A stretch of 55,196 nt of DNA, counting the filler, from Sphacelaria rigidula (taxonomy: Eukaryota), in NCBI GenBank assembly GCA_964200075.2. It is 3 parts of 3 records of this genome, joined end to end, with 100 filler letters (N's around TTAATTAATTAA, not from the genome) between each part and the next. Parts side by side here need not be neighbours in the genome. Positions count along the whole stretch, not along the records: positions 18,434 to 36,765 come from CAXNAA020000872.1; 2 more parts are not named here. One strand, written 5' to 3'. A program made the translations under genes and the position numbers. The notes under the pieces are model-generated. The model was not told the origin of the DNA and searched no databases. It worked only from the letters and a program-made list of their open reading frames with translations. Within the stretch, counting starts at the first letter, position 1. Each line of letters starts with the position of its first letter. Below are positions 23,563 through 34,785 of this stretch, piece by piece.

Positions 23563-26153
23563 CAATGTTCAATGTTCATCTCTCGTCGAAAATCACTTCA
23601 AAACATGTTTATTTTTTAAAGCTCTTTTACTTTGTATTATTTTTATTTTGCCCTAGAGGTTCTCCATACAAATTTTCATCGCACAACTCTGGAAAATTGA
23701 GACGCGATGCAGGTACGCAGATTTAGTTCATCTACTAGTGCCTCTGCTGGCAATATAATGATTTTAGATGACGAATTAGGTAAAGGTGAGGGGATCTATC
23801 GTCTCTCCGTGCTCCAGGGAATGTTCACACCAACAGTTGTGGTCATTTGCTGAATGTATCGTTCGGGGTTTCATGTAGATGTTAGTACGGACTCTGTCTC
23901 CGTACAGTACGGTATAATATAGGAATTACTAGCTATGATGTGTATTAAACGAGGAAATTATTTCATACTGTCCCAGACTTTTGAGTAGATGGGCACCTTC
24001 CCCTTGGTTAGACGATTAATACGATCCACGGATCATTGCCCAACTCGTCTGTATCGATGCGATATAGCTGTGAAAGCTTCAACCCGTTCCTAGCTTGGCG
24101 TATGGTGAATTTATATCATTATGGTCAGTACGTTAGCTCGATCTCTCGGACCCGTGGTTACAGACTGCAAGCAGCATACCACATACCACCCATACGCATA
24201 AATCAAACATCGCGCAGAGGAAAACAAGAAACAAAACATCTGCACAAAAAAGGGCAGCTACACGACGATAGATCCGCATAAGACCGATTGAGCTACATGA
24301 AACCTAGTCAAATCTAGAAAGCCCCCGCGTGCGATCTTTCCGACTACCTTGCCACGTACTAGTGTATACACGCAGAATGCTAATAACGAGTAAGCCGATA
24401 ATCGAAACTGACGCGTAGAACATAGACTATGGGTGGTGTAAGCTTAAACCTTAAACCGCGAGGAGGGTAGTCCATCTGAATCACACATGCTTTCTCAAGT
24501 GAAATTGATGCCAATTCAAGAGGTGAACTACTCCGCCGTCTAAGGGTTAATGCTTTCTGTGATCACGGGTTTGGAATACCGAGCTAATGTCGCAAATAAA
24601 AATGCTCAATAATATACATCAAAACAGAAGCTGTAACTTGGCTGTAACGCATAGACTAATTTCAAGTAATTTATTTGATATTATTACCAGTCCCTCTACA
24701 TTACATAACGCATTATATAACGCAAACTTGATTTCAGTATAGACTCTGTCACACTCGTGATCACGGGCCTTCTGGTCTCCGCAGCCACAGCAGCCACAGC
24801 AGCCACAGGACAGGACTGTACTGTGCTGTGGAAAGATGGTATCCAGGACACCAACGGCCCCAAAAGGAGCGCTTTGTCTTTCTGTATACGGGTTGGTGCC
24901 CCCAACGTTTGCTGTGAGCCTCGTCGTGCCTGCGGTATCGTTGCGGTGGCGGGGGTCGGCGTTGCAGTCTCCATTTTTTGCGCTGAGCTAGCTTTCGCCT
25001 CCTGTACACTGCACGGCTTTGGATACGACGGTGCTATCGTTGTCGTTGTGCATTGTTTCATGCTCTCTGATGGCATAACCCCAGAAAAGGACTGTAGCGG
25101 CATTAATGTTGCTACTGTAGCTCTCTGCTGTTGGCCGTCGTGCTCTTGTTCGGGATGGCTCGTGTTGAGCTGTGCCGTACAGACAGTACTCACGCGATGC
25201 CGACCGCCTGGCCAGGGTTGACGCATCTTGCGGTAAAGATAAAGATACGGTTGGTATCGCGACAGAAATTGTTTGGAGATGCAATGGCGAAGACGACCAA
25301 ATACTCTTACACACGGGACATGAGACAGCTAACACAAACATGCATTCCTCTTGCATGTGTGATCCTGTGTGGCAGAGCACCGCCCTCCTTCGAAGGTATA
25401 CCGTATGAGCTCGTTTCATTATGACATGGTGCCTGTAAAAAAATTATCGATTTACTGAACTGTTCTGGGCTGTAGCCAGCTAGCGGAGGGAAATGAAGCC
25501 CAGACCGGACCTGGACAGAAAAAAAAAACTAAACAATCCAATCTTATTGCCCTCTCTGCGGCACATGGGGCTTGAGTAGCGCACGTGTGCCCATCAACAC
25601 AGAAATCCAGGGTTAAATCCGTTCGAGAATCATGGAAAACAACAAAAACATCGATGATTTTAGTTTAATTATTATATAACGACCGGTACCCATGAACTCA
25701 GTGCCCTGTAGCTTGGCTGTCGTTGTCTTTCATCCGTGATTTGACTACTAGAAAAAAAACCCATCATTATGACCATGATGCCGCGCTACTTGTTTTTGCT
25801 TCTGTTCGTGAAAAAAAACGGTTGTCATCTCCGTAGATACGGTGGCTCGTGACAGCACTATTCATAGAAAATAATCAACGTACGATTACCGATAGTGCGT
25901 AAGGCAAACACGCATGTTCAAGTTACGATGCACATTATGGTCATGAATATAAGGAACAATTTTGATTTAATATTTCTGTCAAAAAGTCTTCATGTAGATC
26001 ATCACGGTGCTCCCACGATCAGCACGGCCGAAAAAATAATCATGACATAGTTGTAACCGTCAGTTTTCAGGCTCGTCTATCAAACAGCAAATTCTCCACT
26101 CACGCTCAAATCACAAAACTAGCCGAGCCCTTTTTCCTCACACATCATCTCAC

Positions 26154-26339
26154 CTGCTTCTTCGACACGCGCCTGTAGACGCAACCCAACCGCGCACAAC
26201 TTGCGGGGGCCAAGCCAGCATTCTACCGCTTCCTGGCTGAATGTTCCTACCTCTCCGCATCTCCCCAGTTTGTCCCATCGCGCGATATCGAGATAACAAG
26301 ACGAAGCTTTCTGGCTTGTTGAACCTCGGCGTTCATTCG
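26154..26339. promoter_or_regulatory. Probable bidirectional promoter with divergent first non-coding exons of the kinase (-) and E2 (+) genes
   Basis: A minus-strand donor (CAG|gtgaga at 26154/26153) and a plus-strand donor (CG|gtaaga at 26339/26340) point away from each other. A plus-strand acceptor ccgtag| at 26634 precedes the E2 ATG. Confidence 0.5.
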
Positions 26340-26744
26340 GTAAGAGAGCCTGAACAGAAGAGTTACCCCTCCGAAGTATTGAAATGCTACATTAGTACGT
26401 GTCAACTGGCTAGTCTTTCTTTCGGCGTGTAATGGTGCTACACCACGCTGTGCGCCGGATTTTCTACTCCTTGCCGCTGGGTGTTTCCTTTCTTGCTCTG
26501 TCTGGATCTATTCAGCAAGAGTAGGGAGAGGTTTGGAGTCAAGTGCTAAAAGGCAGGGCCAAGGCTGAGGAGACGATTTTCATCATCCCTGAACTTTTCA
26601 CGCGACCACTCCTCGCCTTGAATTCGCCCCGTAGTACACGGTCCAGGTCAACACTACAGCCGGGCAAGCACATCTGGAAGACTCTCTGCGTTTCACGGCT
26701 CGAGACACCGAATCTGCTCTCAGGAGAAGGACTAGGTTGCTATA

Positions 26745-26794
26745 ATGTTGAGCATGTCGCCTTCCAAACGGCGGGACACAGATATGATGAAGCT
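26745..26794 (+). CDS. UBE2H: UBE2H-like coding exon 1 ([17 protein letters not shown])
   Basis: ATG at 26745; donor CT|gtgagt; matches the UBC4/5/6-UBE2H N-terminus. Confidence 0.88.
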
Positions 26795-29700
26795 GTGAGT
26801 TGCTCTCTCTGGTTTGGATGACACGTCGCAGAAAGAGTTGGAGATTGAAGTGTGCTCGCATTTCAAGTTGCTCTGTGAAGCCGGAGCCAGTGCGCTTTTT
26901 TAGCCGGGCATGAGCGAAAAAAAATGTCCTGTTGTGCTGTCTCATACCCCTCGCCCGCTCTTCCCCTTCTTCCTTTCAAGAAGACTAAGACACCGAAGGA
27001 CAGACGCTAGGGTTCTCTGATGCGCTTGCGTCCCAGCCGCCCCCTCAACAGTGCAGTCAAGTCGCATTTCGCACGCTGTGGCTTTCACTTTCGTGCTGGC
27101 TGCTTTTTGAGGTTCCGTTCCATTTCCCCTTCTTTCCTTGGGCGACTTGACTCACGTATTTCTATGTGTAATACGTGTCCGTGCGTTTCACCCTTACCGT
27201 TGTCCACGCCCCTACCAAACAAACGTGCAGCATGATGAGCGATTTCGAGGTGCACATTCCCGACGAGTCAAGCATGCACGATTTTCTGGTGGCCTTCCCC
27301 GGGCCGGAAGATAGTAAGTGTGCTTTTATCACATGCATAGTTCGCTAACTTTCTCCCCAGCATCTGAATCCGTCTCTTTCAAGGGCCGACTTGGATAATT
27401 TCTCTCGAGTCAGTTATTTGCCTAGATGATTTGATATACCGTAGCTTACTGCGATTAGTACCTTCATGTCTCGGGAATATCCTATGCGCGTCTGCGCATG
27501 CGCAGTATTACAGCGCGAGACAGCAAGCAGGGGTTCTCGTGGTCTTTGATGATTAGCCGGTCGAACTCACCCACTGGGTTGCACCATACCCTACGTGCTG
27601 TCCTCGAGTATTAATCGATGAAGCTGATCGATAAAAGCGGAACAGTACGTGGTCGTCGAGTCCGACGGCGGCTAATTTTATTTTTGATACCTATGTGAGC
27701 TAGTAAAGCAGAGAAGAGCAGCTAGGATTTCGTGCTCGACCCACCTCCTCCTTCGACGATTATTGCGCTCTTATGCGGGCGCCGCTTACGCTGAAACCCC
27801 GCCATATACATGAACAGCGCCGTACCAGGGAGGGATCTGGAAAGTGCACGTGACTCTGCCGAAGGAATACCCCTTCAAGTCACCTTCAATCGGCTTCGAA
27901 AATCGCATGTTCCACCCCAACGTCGACGAGATGTCGGGCTCGGTTTGCCTGGACGTCATCAACCAGACGTGGAGCCCGATGTTTGGTGAGACAAGCAAGA
28001 GGAAGGGGCCAGGAGAAAATGACCTGTCGTAGCTCTCGGCTCAATCTATTTTGCTCCTAGTTCGGCGAGAGCCGGTCGAATGTCTTTGACCATGCGCCCC
28101 ATCGTCTTTTTGGTGTTGATTGTGTTCCGGTTTTGACGGAGTATCAAACCCCGCCCGTGTGTACGGTTTCGACCCATTCCCTCATCTAGTTTAGGTTCAA
28201 GTACGTGGTCTGATTTGATTAATCGCAGACCATGCTGGGTGGGAGCAAGGGGATGGTGAGATGAAACAGAAAAAACTTCGGTATCCCAAAGCTGTACACA
28301 TCTTTGCGTCGGTCGTGCCTACTGTTGATCGACGCTTTTGCCGGCAACCATGATGCACCAAAGCGTGATGATTCTCGTGCTCCAGGGACATCAATGTTGA
28401 ACACGTGTTTACTTCAAGGGTATGTGCTTTTCCGGAGTGGTGATTTGTCGTTCGCAAGGCCATTCGTGGCCCGGCTGCACGGTGCGTAACTGGGGTATCC
28501 TCGTTGATGCTGTTAATCCTCTTGAACTCGGTAGTAGATGAACCTCCCCTCGCTCTGGTCGTCGGGCAGCTTTGAGTCATGATTTTTCCGCTTCTTCCTC
28601 GCGCTCCCGTGTTGAATGTCATTGCGGTTTTCGTCTCTCATACCTTCAATTCCACGTGGACTGCGTTTTACGTCAAGTTTTTGTCTCGACGTGCCAGTGA
28701 TACATGTACAACAGTAGAGGTGAACGCGACAAATATTGCTGTTGGAGGAAAATGTTGTCCTACGTGTGCTTCCACTATTTGGTGCAGATTTCGCTCGTAC
28801 AGCGTCAGTACCCCATAGCTCGAATGTACTTGGGATTTGGGAGTACCAAACCGCGCCGGGCGCTCTGGATACGTGGGATATTTTTAGTACTCGATAAAGT
28901 ACGTGGAGTACCGACTCCCACTTTTTTCAGGGTATCCCACAGTAATTCGCAGTAGAAGTACTCGAGGTACTGTCTTGTTCACAACAGTAGTCCGGGTACA
29001 TGGGTACATGAGGTACGGTAAATAGGATTGAGACTGCAACGTACAGGGTATGCTACAGTTCTGTTTGACGCGCGCTCCTCAACTACTGGACAGAAGTAGC
29101 ACCGTGTGCACTACAAAACCGCAGATGAGTGTTTTAAGTAAATCGACGCTGAGGTGGCTGACGGCCAAATGATGCCGTCTCCGGTTCAGCCCATCACAGC
29201 ATCACGGCCAGTTGATTTTGTTACCCCACATTTTCCCAATGCCATGAGTGTGATTTATCGGGGGTATATAGTGTTTATATACTAATCATCAGGTGATTTC
29301 TGGCCGATTGGACGTGATTCACCTGGCATCCGACCCGAATGATGACGAAATGACCTGATACTCGACCAAATTGGAACACACAAGTGTGGTGTATTGCATA
29401 TGTAGTCGTATATATCCCCGTATGTATGTAGGAAGTGTCGCGTTTTCCACTAATACTCTCACCTCTATGTATTTATCGCCGTGTTACATCAATACCTGCC
29501 ATCGGTGGTGATCTGTGCCACTCTGGCGATTGTATTGGTGACGCACCTTCTCCAAGGGTATATTTACACATGTGGTGAAGTGCAGACGTGCAGACAGCAA
29601 TAGGATTGCGATCAAAAACGACAATGGCGTTTATCATGAGAATGTCTATGTTCCTTGGCTAATTTTTTGCTGGCGCCCCAAACGTGATCTTTCCGTCCCT

Positions 29701-32700
29701 CAGGGAATATCACAGTTAGGCAGGGGTATTAATTACAATTGAAAGCTCCTTCGGCCGACTGCAACCGAACGAACCCTGGACCAAACAAGCGAATGAAACC
29801 AAGAAGAACCTAATCAAATCAGAAGATGAAGAGTTCAGGTGCAAATGGCAGGACTGAAAACTCGGTTCACCTGGCACGGAGTTTCACCACTCCGAAACCC
29901 CGAGAAAGTGATTTCCATGCCACCCGCTAGCTACCTTGCGCCCCCCACTCGTTTCCAGAAGCACGTGCCGATCCTGATCGGGTATTCTCTACCGCCATTG
30001 TGCTGATTCTTGTAAAATAACACTGCCAGGGGTGGAGGTGGTTGGGCGTCGCTCATCGCGTCAAAACTTGGTCAGTGAAGGAAGTCTGACGGACCTCGCG
30101 TTTACAGGCAGACGTCAAAGATATTACCCACTGTAAGGCATATTGTATTCCCCTTGTCAGGAACACGAAATCAGTTCCCATCCCAACAAACATCACTTGA
30201 TGACAATATGTTCAATTATGTATAGTATATTGATTATACATTGTCTCTTCTGTCCGAAGAATACAATTCAATTCAATCCAAAGTCATCCAACCATGCATT
30301 CTCGAGCAATCTTTCCTCCTTTCATTCACTCATTCCTTGTTCGAAGAATAATTAGTAGGCCCCAACCCAACCCAAAAACAAAATGAATTGTCCGCTCAAT
30401 TTGTCGACGCGCCGGGTGCTCAATCTATATATATTTGGCTGGCAATATGATGGCACGAGAGAGGGTCAACATACATGGTGCCATCAATATCAAGGTTCGC
30501 CACCTGCAATTTATATATCAACCAAACAAGATATCACGACACGCGCCACCTCAAAATACATTTGCCGAGTACTATGTCGGTGCGAGAAGGCACCAAAATA
30601 TATTCGTCGAGTAACAAACTGGCTGCTACCCGAAGTCAACATGAAATTATAATTCGATATACTCGGCACACGAAGCGCCAACATATATAACCGCCCCACT
30701 AGGTCGTGTGTCAATGCGTCCAATACACACTGGGCGGACAAAACACGAGGGAACGCACGGTCACAAAACATTTTCAACATGCAGAGTCAAAAGTGCATTG
30801 GAATTAGTATAGTGGACAGTCCTTTGTTCGCGGGCGCCATTGAAAGTCACGGTTGAGACGAATCATCACGGGTTCGAATCACCGAACACGCGATTTCTTC
30901 GGCCTGATTGCCCCAAAAGGGAGATGAAAGTTAGCCGCTGGTCCAAGGGCTATCCACGCAACGTTTGCTCCACTCTACGTGTTCGGGCTGCGCGTACCTC
31001 GGTTGCAACGCTGAAAACAAAGCCTAGGGATTGATTCCAACGACTCTTGGAAGATGTATCACCACATGCCGAAACCCTTTATATATTCCTCCGCAAGCGT
31101 GTCCAAAATATTATTGGCTATGCGATGATCGTTCGCAATATATACTGGAAAATTATACGCTTGCATGTTCACGTTCAATACACATGATGGTATCAATATG
31201 CTACGCATCGCTTAAACTCGATATATACTGACACTTCAACCCACATAAGGCCGGCACGCACAATATATATATTGGATGTTTTATCCCCGGAACAAATGCA
31301 TGTCCAACATATTTTGTCATGTACTACTCTACGATCATGACACAAGCAGTATACGTCGTTACTTCAAAGTCTCCGAGGACATTTCAACACGTGTATTGAA
31401 AGGACAACATTTACGCTGGCTCCAATATAGAGTATTTGTATCACATTTGAACATGCTTTGTCCAGACGGTAAGCAACATGGCCCCCGTGACCACAGGGGT
31501 ACCAAGAGGCGCATATTGACCCGTGTTGTCCGTCATCGTGATGTTGAGTCAAGATATGTCGAATACACGCTGTGACGAGGATGGGAGGCCCCGAACCGGT
31601 GGCCAAATAAGTATCAGCAGGCATGGATACCGGGTTGCCTATTTCGTCATATCTTCTGAGAAGCATATATATACATGGATGTTGTTGGACGCATTCGAGT
31701 GAACTCTTCGCAGCAATTCACGCAAACTTCTGTGGCTCCCTTCGAAGCTTTTTCCAATCTGCACGAGCTCCGGGATCCATCGCGTCTGGTCCTTCTGGAG
31801 CGTACGCCATGCTTGTTATATCCAATATATATTGACCGGTCAAAGTGTTCCAATGCAACCCCAAGATGAATATTGACCAGTCAAAATGTCGTCACCAATG
31901 CGACCCAAATATATATAGTGGCCGTGCAAAATGCTGGCGCTCGCGTTGCCCCAAGATGTACTCATGAAACAGTATGTGTTCAACTCCACAGTACCAATAT
32001 ATATTGGGCGAGCAATATGTATGCAGTCTCACGACATCCAACATATATATCGAGCGCGCAAAACGTGTAGTCTAGGGGTGTATGATCTAGTCTCGAAGAT
32101 CATTTTCAGCGTTGCAACCCAGGACTAGAGTATGTGACATATCATTATACGCTGGGGGTATACCTATACCAGGCTCTAGTCCATAGTCGGTAAATGCGAT
32201 CGTGCAATATGCTGTCCGCCATGGAGCACAGTCTGCTGCGCGCTGCTGATGTCTATGCCTAGTGTTGCACAATACTACAGTATAAAGCCTTGCTGGCAAC
32301 ACATGGAGGGTCAGGCGGGCGTCATGGACCAGGTGCAGAGTTGTGAAGAGCGCGTTGGTTGTGTCCATGTCATCTGTCGTTGAATCGCCAGTACCGAAAT
32401 CAGGAAGGAGGCTAGACAGCGAAATAGTATACATGTAGGGGAAGAGGGTGACAATTTTGACCACCGTGATTGGCCAGAATTGTCGCTCCGCTCCACCCGG
32501 AAGTTCTTTCTGGCTCGTTATTCCGTGGGACAACTTGGCGAGCTTTTCGGCTGTCCTGCAAATTTGTCCATACTGTCATCCCCCCCCCCCCCTCCCTAAA
32601 AGAATCTTGGATGTCCCTGGAGTGTCGCAGATGGAACTGTTCCGAGGCGACGTTCGCGGTCTATGGGTTGAATCTCCACCACATTAGTAGGTCATCTGCT

Positions 32701-34785
32701 GAATTAGCATCAAATTCACATGAAAACAATACGAATGACCCAGATGAACTACCCTCGTGGTCTGAGTTGACTCTTCGATGGCAAGAGTAAATCATCTGTC
32801 GAATCGGCACCGTTTTCACTCCAAAAACGTATGCATGATCGAGGTGAACTACCCTCGCGATTCAAGGTTTCCACTGTTGAGACAAATTATCACGACTCAA
32901 AATCACCGAATTCACGATTTTTTCGGCCTGATTGCCCGGAAGGGAGAAGAAAGTTGATCGCTAGTCCAAGGAGTATCCGCGCAACGTTTGCGCCATTCCG
33001 CGTGTCTGGGCTGCGTATACCTGGGTTGCCACGCTGAAATAAAGCGTAGGGATTGATTCGTCACGAGTCGACTCATCATTCTAGAACCAAGTAATGTCCA
33101 GACGAATTATTATTCGTCCGACCCTTGAAGAGTTCCGTCGAGTGTTGATATCCGCAATTTTATTTCAGCTGGGACTCTACCCTTATCCTGTACACCTTCG
33201 AACCAGTCGCGGATGATTTTCGCAGCCTCTCTAGCCTTGAGCAGTCGAATACGTTTGAAACCTGTCGAATCGGCAACATTTGCAGTGTGTACCTTAACGT
33301 CCCCCGACCCAGTTCCGAATAAATCATAAATGTCTTACGGTGAGTCCACCTGAGTCTCAATCATGCGTATTTAAGGTACGGGCGCGCTTTTTTGACAATA
33401 AAATAATTGAAGAGGTTCATGGACCGATGTCAAATCATGAAGGTTTCGTCGGAATCACGAAAACGGTGTCACTACGCCGAAAATTATCGTAATGTTGTTA
33501 ATCCTCATGTAAAAGTTGCGGGAGTGATAAAGCTGGCTGACATGCCAATGAAGCAGCGCCCTCGACCCCCTACAAGGCGTGCCTCCCTTCATCCGAAACG
33601 TATGTTAATGCGAGAACCGTTTTCACCCCGAATTCTCGCTCAACCGGCCACCCAGATCTCGTGAATATCTTCAAGCTGTTTATACCGCAGCTGCTGTCCT
33701 ACCCTAACCCGACGGACCCGCTGAATGGCGAGGCGGCCGCACTCTTGATGCGTGACCCGGAGGCGTACGCGAACCGCATCAAGGAGTGCGTCCGCCTACA
33801 CGCGTCGGACCCTGTACACCTAGACGGCACTCCAGTTGTGCAACCCCCGCCTCCCTCGACGAGCACGCCTTCTACACCGTTGGCACGGAACGATGGTGGC
33901 GGCAGTGGCCATGGTGCCGCTGGTACAGGGGGCGGAGCAGTCGCCGCAAGCAATAGCAGTGCTGTTGTGGCGAGTACTGGTGCGTTGGGTACCGGCGCGG
34001 GGGCCTCGAGCGAAGCAGGAAGACCGGCAGATGAGGACAGTGATAAACCAACCGAGTCATCAACAACAGCCAGCACTAGTCGTAGCGCCTCCATTGGGGA
34101 AGGCAGCTCGAGTGCGTGTCCTGTAGGGAGTAGCAGTAGGGAGGGCGACGTTGCGGCGGCAAGTAACAGTGATATGGACAACATGGTGGTTGCCGATGAT
34201 GACGGGGATGACGTGAGGAACAAGGTGGGCGAACCCGATGAGCACATGAAACGAAGAAAATCGTCATCGGCAGACACGAACGACGGTGCGGGAAGCAGCA
34301 GCGCCAGCGAGTACTTCGAGGTGTGGACGATTAATGATGTGTATGGTGCCAGTCTCCACCTTGGCGTAGGGGCGGCAGGCATTAGTCCTCATGTAGTGTA
34401 AAAAGAAAGATGCTGGCGCCCTTGTGGTACGAACCACGGCCGACGTTTGTGACCCCAGTATCTTTACCTTCTACTCAAACATGAAGTATGGGCGATAATT
34501 CTTGCAGCTCCTCTGAGTAATCGATTTCAAAACACAAGATGTGGAGGAGCACCCGCTCGCGTTTGGCTTGTTAATTTCAACCTGTAGCTCACCAGATGTG
34601 CATGCCGGACTCGCCCGCGAACAATTTCTTGTGCCTCGTCGTCAATTTTCCAGGGGTCTAAGTGGGTTTTCTTATTTTGATATGCGTGTGCCGTGCCTGC
34701 GAATTAACCCCAACCGTGCCTCGTGCAGATGGAGATGGACGAAACGGCCAGTGACGTGAGCGCGCTGAGCGATGTGGAGGCGTGA
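26745..34785 (+). CDS. UBE2H: Ubiquitin-conjugating enzyme E2, UBE2H/Ubc8 (plant UBC4/5/6) family; join(26745..26794,27231..27313,27818..27985,33656..34320,34729..34785), 340 aa
   Basis: Manual splice gives [135 protein letters not shown]... It has the HPN motif, the catalytic Cys in SVCLD, and the family-typical SPSKRR-x-D-x-x-KL start. All introns are GT-AG, phases agree, and the total is 1023 nt (341 codons including stop). Confidence 0.93.
27231..27313 (+). CDS. UBE2H: UBE2H-like coding exon 2
   Basis: Acceptor gtgcag|C, donor A|gtaagt; encodes [27 protein letters not shown]. Confidence 0.92.
27818..27985 (+). CDS. UBE2H: UBE2H-like coding exon 3 (active site)
   Basis: Acceptor aacag|CG, donor G|gtgaga; encodes PYQGGIWKV...[10 protein letters not shown]...[25 protein letters not shown]. 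Confidence 0.96.
30385..32060 (+). mobile_element. Diverged copy of the 49923-51343 element inside E2 intron 3; ends eroded; carries a nested insertion
   Basis: Collinear shared blocks, e.g. GCAATATGATGGCACGAGAGAGGGTCAA (30442 vs 50005) and GTGACCACAGGGGTACCAA (31487 vs 50886). Confidence 0.8.
30847..31053 (+). mobile_element. Short TIR-less interspersed element bounded by TTGAAAG/TTGGAAG (internally deleted copy)
   Basis: Absent from the homologous position of the host repeat at ~50425-50435; homologous to 32861-33130, 18434-18544 and 36866-36923. Confidence 0.8.
32861..33130 (+). mobile_element. Longer copy (~270 bp) of the TTG(A/G)AAG-bounded element with a 3' hairpin
   Basis: GTTGAGACAAATTATCACG...GGGTTGCCACGCTGAAATAAAGCGTAGGGATTGATTC...GACGAATTATTATTCGTC (hairpin 33101-33118)...ACCCTTGAAG. 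Confidence 0.78.
33656..34320 (+). CDS. UBE2H: UBE2H-like coding exon 4 (end of UBC fold plus low-complexity tail)
   Basis: Acceptor cccag|AT; encodes [35 protein letters not shown]; probable donor GAG|gtgtgg at 34320. Unspliced, the frame would run to a stop at 34401. Confidence 0.9.
34729..34785 (+). CDS. UBE2H: UBE2H-like terminal coding exon ([18 protein letters not shown])
   Basis: Acceptor gtgcag|ATG in phase 0; the acidic, Ser-containing end resembles UBE2H/Ubc8 C-termini; TGA at 34783-34785. Confidence 0.72.
   Translation: MEMDETASDVSALSDVEA

Noticed and set aside
33699..34382. 227-aa minus-strand ORF
   Set aside because: Antisense shadow of the GC-rich E2 exon 4.
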